Notes: generated by a model from the sequence alone, not told the origin. A DNA stretch of 63,915 nucleotides, filler included, from an uncultured bacterium (GCA_964372275.1; 9 parts of 9 records of this genome joined end to end with filler, not necessarily neighbours in it); one strand, 5' to 3'; counted from the whole stretch's first letter, positions 48,179 through 57,804 are shown. Made by a program: numbers and translations.

Positions 48179-49687
48179 CTACTCCGCCGCGGCGGAGGTG
48201 CGCCAGCGGGCCTGCATCTCCGACGAAAGGCCGTTCTCCGCCGCGATCTCGGCGAACAGGTCGCTCGAGACGGTCGGGATCCGCTCCTGCGTCTCGTAGT
48301 CCAGCCGCAAGAGGCCGAACTTCGCCGAGAACCCCTCCGCCCATTCGAAGTTGTCGTAGAGCGACCAATGCAGGTAACCGATCACCGGCACCTGCTCCTC
48401 GATCGCCTTGTCGACCCAGGTCAAGAAGTCGACGAGGAACGACGGGCGCTGCGATTCGTCGCCGTCGGCGATGCCGTTCTCGGTGATCAGGATCGGCATT
48501 CCGTACTCCGCGAGGAGCTTGAGCGATTCGTAGATCCCGCGAGGGTAGATCGACCATCCAAGCTCGTTGCGCGGCAACGTCGCCACGTCCGACGGCGCGC
48601 CGAGGAGCGGTTCCGGGAGCCCCCCCGCGACCTTCTGGATCCGGTAGTAGTTCAACCCGAGGAAGTCCATCCGACCCGCGAGCTCCGGGTGATAGCCCTC
48701 CGCCGGCGTCGTCCCATCGTCGTCGGTGTCTTCGTCGAGGTTGACGTCCAGGTATCCCAGGATCGTCGCGTCGAGGAAGAGGCGGTTGAAGACGTGGTCC
48801 AGGCGCTTGGTCGCGGCGACGTCGAGCGCGTTGTCGGGGCGGGACGGCTGGAAGACGACGATGTGCGCCGCCACGCCGACCTTCGACGCCAGTCCGTCGC
48901 CGTCGGCGTCGGCCAGATCGCGCGCGTGGATGGCGTCGTAGGCTCCGGCGTGCGCGAAGATCTCCCCCATGGTGAACGCCACCGCCTGGTCGAGGTCGTT
49001 CCCGAACCCCGGCGGCCAGAGGTCGAGGTAGGCGGTCAGCGCCACCACCATCGGCTCGTTGAACGGGATCCAGAGATCGACGTCGTCCCCGTACTCCTCG
49101 GCCATGTCGCCTGCGAACTCGACGAACTCGTCGATCCCCTCCTGCGTCCGGAAGTCTCCGAGGTCGGCCCCCGGGTTCAGCGGATCGTCCATCCACAGGG
49201 GCAAGGTGAAGTGGGAGAGGGTCACCACCGGCTTGAGGCCGTGCGCCCGCATCGAATCGATCACCTGGTGGTAGTGCTCGATCTCCACCTCGTCGTAGAC
49301 GTCGCGCGACGGCTCGATCCGGCTCCACTCGATCGAGAAGCGGTGCGCGTTCTGGTTCATGCTCTCCGCGAGCGCGAAGTCGGCCTCGAAGCGGTTGTAG
49401 TGATCGCAGGCATCGCCGGAACGATCGCCGTTCTCGATCGTCCCTTCGATCTGCTCCCAGGCCCACCAGTTGTTGTTGTCGTTCCCGCCTTCCACCTGGT
49501 GGGCCGCCGTCGCCGCGCCCCAGAGGAAACCGTCCGGGAATCGAATCGCCTCGAAGTGCCGCCCCTTCCCCTCCTCGCAGCCGGCGAATGCCGACGCGCC
49601 GAGGAGGAGCGACGCCAGGACCGGATGCCCGCGGCCGCCCGGGCCGCGTCCGGCGATCCTCGAGATGGCGTGGAATGGGTTCACCAA
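48179..49687 (-). CDS. Glycoside hydrolase family 1, probable lipoprotein
   Basis: FAGC; FLWGAATAAHQVEG, RFSIEWSRI, NEP, ITENG, DNFEWAEG. Confidence 0.95.
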   Translation of the reverse strand: MVNPFHAISRIAGRGPGGRGHPVLASLLLGASAFAGCEEGKGRHFEAIRFPDGFLWGAATAAHQVEGGNDNNNWWAWEQIEGTIENGDRSGDACDHYNRFEADFALAESMNQNAHRFSIEWSRIEPSRDVYDEVEIEHYHQVIDSMRAHGLKPVVTLSHFTLPLWMDDPLNPGADLGDFRTQEGIDEFVEFAGDMAEEYGDDVDLWIPFNEPMVVALTAYLDLWPPGFGNDLDQAVAFTMGEIFAHAGAYDAIHARDLADADGDGLASKVGVAAHIVVFQPSRPDNALDVAATKRLDHVFNRLFLDATILGYLDVNLDEDTDDDGTTPAEGYHPELAGRMDFLGLNYYRIQKVAGGLPEPLLGAPSDVATLPRNELGWSIYPRGIYESLKLLAEYGMPILITENGIADGDESQRPSFLVDFLTWVDKAIEEQVPVIGYLHWSLYDNFEWAEGFSAKFGLLRLDYETQERIPTVSSDLFAEIAAENGLSSEMQARWRTSAAAE

Positions 49688-49720
49688 CGCGACACCCTAC
49701 CGGAATAGAATCCGGAGGTC

Positions 49721-50560
49721 ATGTCCGAAGGCGCGCCCGACGCCGCCGACGAGCCGACTCCGATCGAGGAGGGCGGGCCCCCCGCCGGGCCCGTGGCCCG
49801 TTGCCGCCGCCACGGCGATCGGAAGGCCGTCTCCGTCTGTGGCCGCTGCGGCGATTTCCTCTGCGGATTCTGCGCCGTGTGGATCGAAGGGGCCCCCTAC
49901 GGTCCGGGCTGCGCCGAGCGCGTGCGGAGCGGTCTGCTTCGGATCGGAGCGCACGTTCCCTGGGAGGACCGCGCCCGCCGGGGCTGGATCCGGGCCGCCT
50001 ACCAGACGGTCCGGGCCGTCTTTGCCGATCCCGCCGGTTTCTACGCCCGGATGCCGACCGACGGCGGTCTGACCGATCCTCTCCTGTTCGCGATGGCGAT
50101 CCGTGGCATGGTGGTGCTCGTCTACGGACTGCTCGCCGCGGGGGTGTACGGGATCCTCGGCGCGGCGATGAACAACCCGATGATGTACGTCCAGGCGGGT
50201 GTCCAGCTCGGAACGATCGTCCTGCAGATGGTGCAGGTGGTGATCTACCTCTTCGTGGTCGCCGGACTGATCCACCTCGGCGTGCGGCTGGTCGGCGGGT
50301 TGCGTGGATTCGAGGCGACCTTCCGCGTCTACGGATACGGACGCGCCGTCGACGTGATGGAGCTGGTCCCGATCGTCGGTCCCCTGGCGGCGATCGGCTA
50401 CCGCGTCTACCTCTACTACCTCGGCCTGCAGGTGGCGCACCGCCTCACGCCGGGGCGATCGCTCTCCGTCGCCCTCCTGCCGGTCGGACTCGGGATCTTC
50501 CTCACCGTCCTGATCGTGGGCGCGGCATTCGTCATCGGATTCCTGCTGGCGAGAGCGTGA
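49721..50560 (+). CDS. B-box-like zinc finger plus Yip1-like multi-TM protein
   Basis: CRRH..CGRC..CGFC..GPGC; PWE; GFEATFRV; about 5 TM helices. Confidence 0.75.
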   Translation: MSEGAPDAADEPTPIEEGGPPAGPVARCRRHGDRKAVSVCGRCGDFLCGFCAVWIEGAPYGPGCAERVRSGLLRIGAHVPWEDRARRGWIRAAYQTVRAVFADPAGFYARMPTDGGLTDPLLFAMAIRGMVVLVYGLLAAGVYGILGAAMNNPMMYVQAGVQLGTIVLQMVQVVIYLFVVAGLIHLGVRLVGGLRGFEATFRVYGYGRAVDVMELVPIVGPLAAIGYRVYLYYLGLQVAHRLTPGRSLSVALLPVGLGIFLTVLIVGAAFVIGFLLARA

Positions 50561-50561
50561 C

Positions 50562-51320
50562 GTGACCGATCCCCTCCTCCCGCGTCCGGTCCCTCCCCTC
50601 TCCGACGTCTCCCGCGTCGCCTGCGAAACGCATCCGGCGCGCGCGGGGGCGGGTCTCTGCCGGAGTTGTCTCCGGACCGCCTGCGCCGAGTGCCTGACGC
50701 GGATCGACGGCGTGAACCATTGCGCCGGCTGCATCGACCGCCTCTTTCCGCCGCCCGGAGCGGGCTCCTCCGGCCCGGCCGGTCGCCCCGCCGGAACGCC
50801 GGCCGCGTTCGAGGAGGCGAAGCGTCGGTCGCCGCGACACCTCCTGGCGCTCCTCGCGCTCTACGGAACGGTGGCGGTGTCGGCCTCCGCCGCCGCGGTC
50901 GCGTGGCCCTTCCTGCTCAACGAGCGCCGTCTCGAAGCGAACCGGCAGCGGCTCGTCGAACTTCATCTCGCGCTTTCCGAGTACCTCGCGGACGTATCGC
51001 GCTACCCGAGCCCGGAACGCGGCTTGAAGGCGCTCCTCGAACCCTCACGGGAAGACCGCGACGATTGGCGCGGGCCGTATGCCACGGCGCGGGCGGGAGG
51101 CACGCGCGCGTCCGGTGGCGCGGCGAACGACGACGCGGTGCTCGACGTCTTCGGCCGGCCCGTGCTGTACCACCGCACACCGGAGGACGTCGCGGAGCCG
51201 CGCGTCTACCTCGCCAGCCCCGGCGCCAACGGCCTTTGGGACACCGCCGGGATCGTCGCCGGGAACCCGCCGCACGAGGCGGGCGGCGACGACGCGCTCC
51301 AATGGGTGGTGACTCCGTGA
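50562..51320 (+). CDS. B-box-like zinc finger, TM helix and GspG-like pseudopilin globular domain
   Basis: CETH..CRSC..CAEC..CAGC; TM; ALSEY..RYP..GLKAL..WRGPY..DVFG..Y..SPGANG..DD..W. Confidence 0.75.
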   Translation: MTDPLLPRPVPPLSDVSRVACETHPARAGAGLCRSCLRTACAECLTRIDGVNHCAGCIDRLFPPPGAGSSGPAGRPAGTPAAFEEAKRRSPRHLLALLALYGTVAVSASAAAVAWPFLLNERRLEANRQRLVELHLALSEYLADVSRYPSPERGLKALLEPSREDRDDWRGPYATARAGGTRASGGAANDDAVLDVFGRPVLYHRTPEDVAEPRVYLASPGANGLWDTAGIVAGNPPHEAGGDDALQWVVTP

Positions 51321-52174
51321 GCCGCGCCCTCGTCGAGCGGAAGACGCACTTCCGTCCCGCGTCCGTCCTGGCCCTCGCGGACGGCGCCTTCGAGATCTAC
51401 CGCGCCGCGTTCGGACCGTTGGTCACGATCTCGCTGATGGCCAACGCGCCGCTGTTCGCCGCCGCGGCCGCGCTCGTGCTCTACGTCCGGGAGCGCGGGG
51501 CGACCTGGGGGAGCCCCACCTACTTCGCCACCGTCGGCGCGCTTTCGGTCGCGCTGGCGCTCGCCGCCTGGATCCGGGCGATCGGCGGCGGGGCCCTGGC
51601 GCACGCCTCGGTCACGGCGATCTGCGGTCGATCGCCGTCCGCCGGGATCTCCCTCCGCGCGGGCCTGGCGGCGGGACGGCGCCTCGGGCTGCTGGCCGCC
51701 GCGCGGTGGATGGCGCTCATCGGCGGCCTCCTCGCCTGCCTGCTTCCCGCCATCCCGGCGGTCGCGCTCCTCGGATTCACCGCTCACGCCGCGACCCTCG
51801 AACGTGCCGGGACGCGCCGCGCGATCGCGCGATCGGCCGCCGTCGCGAAGGGGGCCGCCGGCGGGCTGACCGCCGCCGCCCTGTTGTACGGCGTCGGTCA
51901 CCTGCTCGGATTCGCCCAGTTGCTCCTCCTCGTCGGGCTGGCCGACGGGGTCCGTTCCCTGGCGCTTCCGACCGGCGGAGTACCCTGGACCGCGCGTCCG
52001 GAGGTCGTGTGCCTGGCGGCGGCGGTGACCAAGATCTTCGCCGATCCCCTCACCGCCGCGGCGCTCGGCCTCGCATGGGTCGACGGGAGAATCCGGACCG
52101 ACGGCTTCGACCTCGAGCTCCGGAGCCAACGCCTGGTCGGCGAACCGCTCTCGATCGATCCGGAGGCGGCGTAG
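51317..52174 (+). CDS. Multi-pass membrane protein of DUF4129/DUF4350-type clusters
   Basis: RP....L.DGAFEIYR N-terminus and D.RIRTDGFDLE C-terminus; GTGA overlap. Confidence 0.7.
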   Translation: MSRALVERKTHFRPASVLALADGAFEIYRAAFGPLVTISLMANAPLFAAAAALVLYVRERGATWGSPTYFATVGALSVALALAAWIRAIGGGALAHASVTAICGRSPSAGISLRAGLAAGRRLGLLAAARWMALIGGLLACLLPAIPAVALLGFTAHAATLERAGTRRAIARSAAVAKGAAGGLTAAALLYGVGHLLGFAQLLLLVGLADGVRSLALPTGGVPWTARPEVVCLAAAVTKIFADPLTAAALGLAWVDGRIRTDGFDLELRSQRLVGEPLSIDPEAA

Positions 52175-53194
52175 GTGGCGACGAGGAGACTCGCCCTTCT
52201 CGCCGCCGCGGCGGGGGCGCTCGCCGCCGGTGGAGAGGCCGACCTGGAGCGCGCCGTCTCGCCGGACCGCCTCCGCCACGACCTCGAACAGGGGGCGCGA
52301 CTGTTCCGGCGTCATCCCGATCCCGTCGCCGCGCGCGCCTACGCCCGGGCGATGACGTCGGTGGTCGTGACCGGGGAGGGCGAGCCGATCGAGACCCGCG
52401 ACCCGTGGCTCGCCGACGCCGTCGACCGGCTGGAGTCCCTTCCGGAGCCGGCGCGCCGGACGCTCGAGGAGACGATCGCCGAGCACCTCGCCGCCCGCGC
52501 GGCGCTCGTCGCGACCGACCGAGCGACGGGCGAGCCGGCGGCGAGAAGCGACGTGCGGGAGGACCTGGACGGCGTGCTCCAGCAGGCGCAGTTCGCCACG
52601 GCCGAGGAGGATCCCCGGCTCGCGCGGGCGGCGGCAACGGTGCGGGAGCGGATCCAGTCGGCCTGGGCGCGCGTTCGAGCCGAGATCCGGCGGATCTTCT
52701 CCGGCGGCGACGACGGCGATTCGGGCGCCTGGACCTGGATCCGGACGGTGGCGACACTGGTGCTGTCGGCGGCGGGCGTGACGCTGCTCGTCTGGATCGT
52801 CGCGCGGACGCTCCTGCGCGCCGCGCTCGACTCCGCGCGGAACGAGGCGGTGCTCGACCTTCCGGAAGATCCTCCGCGGCCGGCCGAGATGGAGCGCGAG
52901 GCCCTGGCCCTCTCGCAGGCCGGCGATCTCCGCGGCGCGGTCCGGGCGCTCTACCTCTCGTTGCTCGGACGTCTCCACCTCCAGGGGGCGATCGTCTACG
53001 ACCGCCACCGCACCAACCGCGAATACCTGGCGGCGATGCGAGCGGACGCGGTCCGCACCGCCGCATTCTCGACGGTGGTCGATCGCTTCGACCGGACCTG
53101 GTACGGACGCTCGACCTGCACGCCCGAGGAGCTCGAGGCGTTCTCCGCCGCCGTCCGGGTGGCGGGAGCCTCGACCGGCGCGGAGGCGGCGTGA
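52175..53194 (+). CDS. DUF4129 domain-containing protein
   Basis: TM then AGDLRGAVRALYL..TNREY..FDRTWYG. Confidence 0.85.
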   Translation: MATRRLALLAAAAGALAAGGEADLERAVSPDRLRHDLEQGARLFRRHPDPVAARAYARAMTSVVVTGEGEPIETRDPWLADAVDRLESLPEPARRTLEETIAEHLAARAALVATDRATGEPAARSDVREDLDGVLQQAQFATAEEDPRLARAAATVRERIQSAWARVRAEIRRIFSGGDDGDSGAWTWIRTVATLVLSAAGVTLLVWIVARTLLRAALDSARNEAVLDLPEDPPRPAEMEREALALSQAGDLRGAVRALYLSLLGRLHLQGAIVYDRHRTNREYLAAMRADAVRTAAFSTVVDRFDRTWYGRSTCTPEELEAFSAAVRVAGASTGAEAA

Positions 53195-54052
53195 GTCCGG
53201 GGCATGGCGGAGGTCCCCCCGGAAGCGCGAGGCGTGGGATCGACCGCGCGCTTTCGGTCCTCGGCCTGGCGTCGGCCGCCATCGCCGTCGTGCTCATCGC
53301 GTTGGCGGGCGCGCCCGCGGAACCGGACCGTCCGGAACGGGCCGGTTCGACGCGGGTCGCCGATCCGACGGGCACGCGGGCGCTGTTCGAGCTCCTTCGA
53401 CGGCGGGGGTTCGAGGTCTCGACCGTGGAGACGGCCGATCTGGCCGCGCCCGACGGCGCCGCGCTGGCCCTGATCGACGCCCCGCTCGACGCCGGCGAGG
53501 CCGAGGCGCTCGTCGCTCGGGTCCGCGCCGGATCGTCGCTGTTCGTGGCCGACGGCGCGGAGTCATCGCCGCTCTGGTCGTCGCTGGGCCTCGTCGCCAC
53601 CGCCGACGGCACGGCGGGTCGCGTTCGTCCCGCCTGGCCGTCCCCGGCGGTCGATGGGGTCGGACGGGTCGAGAGCGGCGGCGGTCTCCGCGCGCGGTTC
53701 GAGGTCGGAGACGACGGAACGAGTCTCGGATGGGTGGAGCTCCTCGGCGACGACGCCGGCGCGGTCGCCGCCGCACGCCGCCTCGGCGCCGGCGAGGTGA
53801 TCGTCCTCCTCGATCCCTCGATCGTCCGCAATGCCGGCCTCCCGCGCGCGCACAACGCCCGGTTCGCCGTGAACGCCCTGGCATCCCTCGCGGGGGAGGG
53901 TCGCCGTGTGGTGTTCGACGAGTACCACCACGGCTTCCGGCTGGAACGGACCGTTTCCGGCTGGATCGCGCGGGCCGGACTGCTCCGTGCCGCGTGGTTC
54001 GCGGCGCTGGCGCTCCTTCTCGAAGGCGCGCGGCGCCGGACGCGACGCCTCG
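53191..54052 (+). CDS. DUF4350 domain-containing protein, 3' truncated
   Basis: TM; ST...P.GTRALFELL; GEVIVL.D....N..L....N; VVFDEYHHG. Confidence 0.85.
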
Positions 54053-54152
54053 NNNNNNNNNNNNNNNNNNNNNNNNNNNNNNNNNNNNNNNNNNNNTTAA
54101 TTAATTAANNNNNNNNNNNNNNNNNNNNNNNNNNNNNNNNNNNNNNNNNNNN
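54053..54152. other. Artificial contig linker
   Basis: N run with TTAATTAATTAA. Confidence 0.99.
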
Positions 54153-54947
54153 CTCCTCGAGAGCGAGCTGTTCGGGCACGAGAAGGGGGCGTTCACCGGC
54201 GCGGTGGGACGGAAGGGGCGATTCGCCCTGGCCGAGGGGGGCACGATCTTCCTCGACGAGATCGGCGAGATGCCGCTCTCGTTCCAGCCGAAGCTGCTCC
54301 GCGTGCTCCAGGAGCGCGAGGTCGATCCCGTCGGCGGCAGCCGGCCGCGACGCGTCGACGTGCGGATCATCGCGGCGACCAACCGCGATCTCGGGGAGAT
54401 GGTCGAATCGGGCGAGTTCCGCCAGGACCTCTACTACCGGTTGAACGTGGTTCCGCTGTTCGTTCCTCCGCTGCGCGAGCGGTCGACCGACCTGGTCGAG
54501 CTGATCGAGCACTTCGCCCAGCGCATCGCCTCCGATCTTGGCAGCCCGACGCCGACCCTCACCCCCGACGCCGTCGAGGCGCTCAGGGGGCATGACTGGC
54601 CGGGCAACGTCCGCGAACTGTCGCACCTGGTCGAGCGGATGGTCGTCCTCAACCCGACCGGCATCATCGACGGCGCGGCGGTCCGCAACAGCCTCCGCAG
54701 CCGCGGCGCGCTCCGCCGCGCCGGCTCGGAGACGACGCCGATCCCGTTCCCCACCGAGCTGCCCGAAGGGGGCGTCGACCTGCGCACCACGTTGGCGGCG
54801 TACGAGCAGTCGCTGATCCGCGCCGCGCTCGAGCGCACCAACGGGAACAAGAATCGCGCGGCGAGCCTGCTCGGACTGAACCGCACCACCCTGGTGGAGA
54901 AGATCAAGCGGACCCATCGCGGCGAGCTCGGCCTGAGCTCGTACTGA
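54153..54947 (+). CDS. Sigma-54-dependent activator, 5' truncated
   Basis: [46 protein letters not shown]. Confidence 0.95.
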   Translation, partial: LLESELFGHEKGAFTGAVGRKGRFALAEGGTIFLDEIGEMPLSFQPKLLRVLQEREVDPVGGSRPRRVDVRIIAATNRDLGEMVESGEFRQDLYYRLNVVPLFVPPLRERSTDLVELIEHFAQRIASDLGSPTPTLTPDAVEALRGHDWPGNVRELSHLVERMVVLNPTGIIDGAAVRNSLRSRGALRRAGSETTPIPFPTELPEGGVDLRTTLAAYEQSLIRAALERTNGNKNRAASLLGLNRTTLVEKIKRTHRGELGLSSY

Positions 54948-54966
54948 CGTCGACCGGATTCGAGGT

Positions 54967-55000
54967 GGGCGGGGCCGGGTCGAGGAGCCCGTCCCCGCCC
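54967..55000. terminator. GC-rich hairpin between convergent activator genes
   Basis: Outer stem GGGCGGGG/CCCCGCCC; no U-tract. Confidence 0.35.
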
Positions 55001-55019
55001 GTCCGTACGCCGGCGACCG

Positions 55020-56048
55020 CTATTTCTGCTCGCGGAAGTCGCGCGGATTGATGCCGCTCTTGAGGACGATCTTGCGGAAGTTCGCGCGGTCCAGCCCGGC
55101 GAGCTTTGCCGCGTGAGCGAGGTTCCCCTTGGTGGTGGTGAGCAGGCCCGAAAGGAACCGGCGGTCGAAATCGATCATCGCCCGCGCCCGGGCGGCGCGG
55201 TAGGTGGAGCCCTCCGGGATCGCCGACTCGGGATCCGAGGACTTGCGCGGCGCGCTCAGGTAGGAGGGGAGGTCCGAAAGCCGGATCTCCCGCCCGCGCG
55301 CGAGCACAACTGCCCGCTCGACGACGTTCTCCAGCTCCCGCACGTTTCCCGGCCAGTCCCAGGAGATCAGTGCGCGCAAGGCCGGCGCCTCGAACCCGAC
55401 GATCTCCGGACGGTCGACCCTCGCCAGATTCGCTCGTAGGAACTGCTCGGTGAGCGGGAGGATGTCCTCGCGACGATCGCGCAGCGCCGGGATCTCGATG
55501 CTGATCACGTTCAACCGGTAGTAGAGATCCTTGCGGAAGCGCCCCGCCTCGCTGGCCGACCACAGATCGACGTGGGTGGCCGCGATCACCCGCACGTTGA
55601 CGAAGCGCGACTCGGTCGCCCCGACGCGGCGGACCTCCCCCGACTCCAGCACCCGCAGCAGCCGAACCTGCGCCAGGAGCGGCATCTCGCCGATCTCGTC
55701 GAGGAAGACGGTGCCGCCGTCCGCCTCGTCGAACAGGCCCCGCTTCCCGCTCGCCGATCCGCCGGTGAACGTTCCCTTCTCGTAGCCGAACAGCTCGCTC
55801 TCGATCAGGCTCTCGGGCAGGGCTCCGCAGTTGACCGCGACGAACGCGGCCGCGTGCCGGGCGCTCGATTTGTGGATGGCCCGCGCGAACACCTCCTTGC
55901 CGGTCCCGCTTTCGCCGCGAAGCAGGACGGTGCTGTCGCTCTTGGACGCCTCCCGGGCGGTGTTGATCGCGCGCAGCAGCGCCGGATTGGCGCCGGTGAC
56001 GGTGATGAACGGATCGGTTTCGTTCGCGACGGGTGCGCCGTTCGACAC
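55020..56048 (-). CDS. Sigma-54-dependent activator without an N-terminal regulatory domain
   Basis: GESGTGKE within the first ~50 aa; [23 protein letters not shown]; Fis-type HTH. Confidence 0.92.
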   Translation of the reverse strand: MSNGAPVANETDPFITVTGANPALLRAINTAREASKSDSTVLLRGESGTGKEVFARAIHKSSARHAAAFVAVNCGALPESLIESELFGYEKGTFTGGSASGKRGLFDEADGGTVFLDEIGEMPLLAQVRLLRVLESGEVRRVGATESRFVNVRVIAATHVDLWSASEAGRFRKDLYYRLNVISIEIPALRDRREDILPLTEQFLRANLARVDRPEIVGFEAPALRALISWDWPGNVRELENVVERAVVLARGREIRLSDLPSYLSAPRKSSDPESAIPEGSTYRAARARAMIDFDRRFLSGLLTTTKGNLAHAAKLAGLDRANFRKIVLKSGINPRDFREQK

Positions 56049-56055
56049 TCCCGGA

Positions 56056-56061
56056 ATTATA
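56056..56061 (-). promoter_or_regulatory. Consensus -10 element, leaderless spacing
   Basis: TATAAT 7 nt before GTG 56048. Confidence 0.6.
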
Positions 56062-56069
56062 CGAGTCCG

Positions 56070-56339
56070 CTAGGCGGTTGCGCGTCTCCGAATCGCCTGT
56101 CGCGGGGAGGGGCGGCAATCCGGCCGCGATGGTCGCAGGCTCATGGGCGAGCGCGCCGGCACGAGCAGGTCGGCGGCGGCCACGCCCAGGCCGAGGGTGG
56201 CGCCGAGGACGGCGATTCCGGCGAGCGCGGCACCGAGCGGCGAAACGCCCGCCAGGGAACCGGCCGCCGCGAATCCGGCCGAAAGCGCCGCCGCCGCACC
56301 GAAGGAAGGGAGCCAGGGATGCCACGCCGCCGTCTTCAT
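56070..56339 (-). CDS. Small two-TM membrane protein (hypothetical)
   Basis: GGGAAGGG before ATG; MKTAAWHPW..., two hydrophobic segments, basic tail. Confidence 0.5.
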   Translation of the reverse strand: MKTAAWHPWLPSFGAAAALSAGFAAAGSLAGVSPLGAALAGIAVLGATLGLGVAAADLLVPARSPMSLRPSRPDCRPSPRQAIRRRATA

Positions 56340-56380
56340 GCCCTTCCCTACGGACATGCGACTCGGTCTATTTCGTCCGA

Positions 56381-57631
56381 TCAGCGGCGGACGCCGATCC
56401 CGGAGCCGGCGCCGCCGGTTCGCGCGCCCGAAGGCGCATCCGTCGGCGGAATCCGGAGGACCGTCGGCGCGTTCCGCCGGACGTTGCTGCCGGTGGCGAC
56501 CGCGGCCGCGATGGGCGGCAGAGGCACCGCCGGCCGCTCGGCCGGGCGCCGGTTCCACACGCCGGAGAGCCAGTTCCAGCCGCGCCCGATTGCCGATGCC
56601 ACCCCTTTGACCGCGTCGGCCGCCGAGATCTCGACCATCGCTCCGGCGCCAAGCCCGCCGCCGAAGGTGGCGGCCGCCTTTCCGCCGATGCGGACGGTCA
56701 TCGTCGACCAGTCGACGCGAAAGTAGCCGCGCGCTTCGGCGCCGAGACCGAACGAGGCCTCGGCGGCCAGGGTGGTGCGTACGCCGATTCCGAGGAACTT
56801 GGCGGAGCCGACGACCTCCCCGCGGGCCTTGGCGCCGACGAAGGCGCCGGCCTCCGCGACGAAGTTGACTCGCCGCGTGTTGATCGTCGCCTGCAATTCG
56901 GCGCGGCCGTCCGCGCCGAGGAAGGCTTTGGCGCGCCCATAGACGTTGGCGTGCGCGCGCGCATCTCCGACTTCGAGGCGCGTGGAGACCGCCTGCAGGC
57001 CGACGGCGACCGCCTCGCCCTGCACGCCGGCGCGACCGCCTATTCCGTTGCGGCCGGCGTGGAGACCGGCCGTGTAGTAGCCTTCGACGCGGTCGACGTC
57101 GGCGTAGACCTCGCCGGCGCGGCCGGACGCAAGCGTGCGTCGGCCGTTTTCGAATCCTGCGCCGGTGAACCCTGTCGCCCCACCGTCTCCGACGGCGATG
57201 AGCTCGACCGGGAAGCGCGTCCGGTCGTCGTAGAGTCCGTCCCGCAGCCGCGCCTCGGCGATCTTCTCTCTCCGGCGGCGGTCGTGCGGTTGCAGGAGGC
57301 CGCCCGTCCGCTTGTCGTAGGTGCGGCCGATCGCGTCGGTCCCGAGCACCGGGTCGGAGTTCCAGCTCCAGGACCCCCGCGCATCGCGCCGGCCGTGGTT
57401 GCGGATCGTCTCCGGCTCGGTGCGGATGACGGGACGCTCGTGGCCCTTCGGTCCGTCCGCCCAGACCGGCGTGCCGCCGCGTCGATTCAGCTCCTCCTCG
57501 AGCCGCTCCTCCGCGGTCAGGCGACGGCCCCCGTTGACCGTCGGCTGGGCCATCGCGTCGGCCGCGAACAGTCCGACGAGCGACGCGATGGCGGTGGTGA
57601 CCCGGAACCCGGTGCTTCGACGACGACCCAT
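56381..57631 (-). CDS. Secreted protein with Gly/Ala alternating beta-strand domain (toxin-like)
   Basis: Signal peptide ending ADAMA; AKAFLGADG, AEAGAFVGAKARGEV, AEASFGLGAEA, GGKAAATFGGGLGAG. Confidence 0.65.
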   Translation of the reverse strand: MGRRRSTGFRVTTAIASLVGLFAADAMAQPTVNGGRRLTAEERLEEELNRRGGTPVWADGPKGHERPVIRTEPETIRNHGRRDARGSWSWNSDPVLGTDAIGRTYDKRTGGLLQPHDRRRREKIAEARLRDGLYDDRTRFPVELIAVGDGGATGFTGAGFENGRRTLASGRAGEVYADVDRVEGYYTAGLHAGRNGIGGRAGVQGEAVAVGLQAVSTRLEVGDARAHANVYGRAKAFLGADGRAELQATINTRRVNFVAEAGAFVGAKARGEVVGSAKFLGIGVRTTLAAEASFGLGAEARGYFRVDWSTMTVRIGGKAAATFGGGLGAGAMVEISAADAVKGVASAIGRGWNWLSGVWNRRPAERPAVPLPPIAAAVATGSNVRRNAPTVLRIPPTDAPSGARTGGAGSGIGVRR

Positions 57632-57804
57632 GACGCCCCCCGAGGCCTTCGAGGAGCATGCGGCGTGCCCTCGGCCGGATGCGGCAAGTGCCCGTTTCCG
57701 AAGCAATTTGCATCTTCCCGCGAAGGCCGTTCGGCAGGTCGAATTGCCGGTGCCTGAGGGGTCGAAGATCCGCGGGCTTCTGTTATCGTCCGCGGCTTCG
57801 ACCG

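Noticed and set aside
57632-57804. Sigma-54 promoter near the two activator genes
   Set aside because: I found no convincing TGGCAC-N5-TTGC or correctly spaced GG-N10-GC match by eye.
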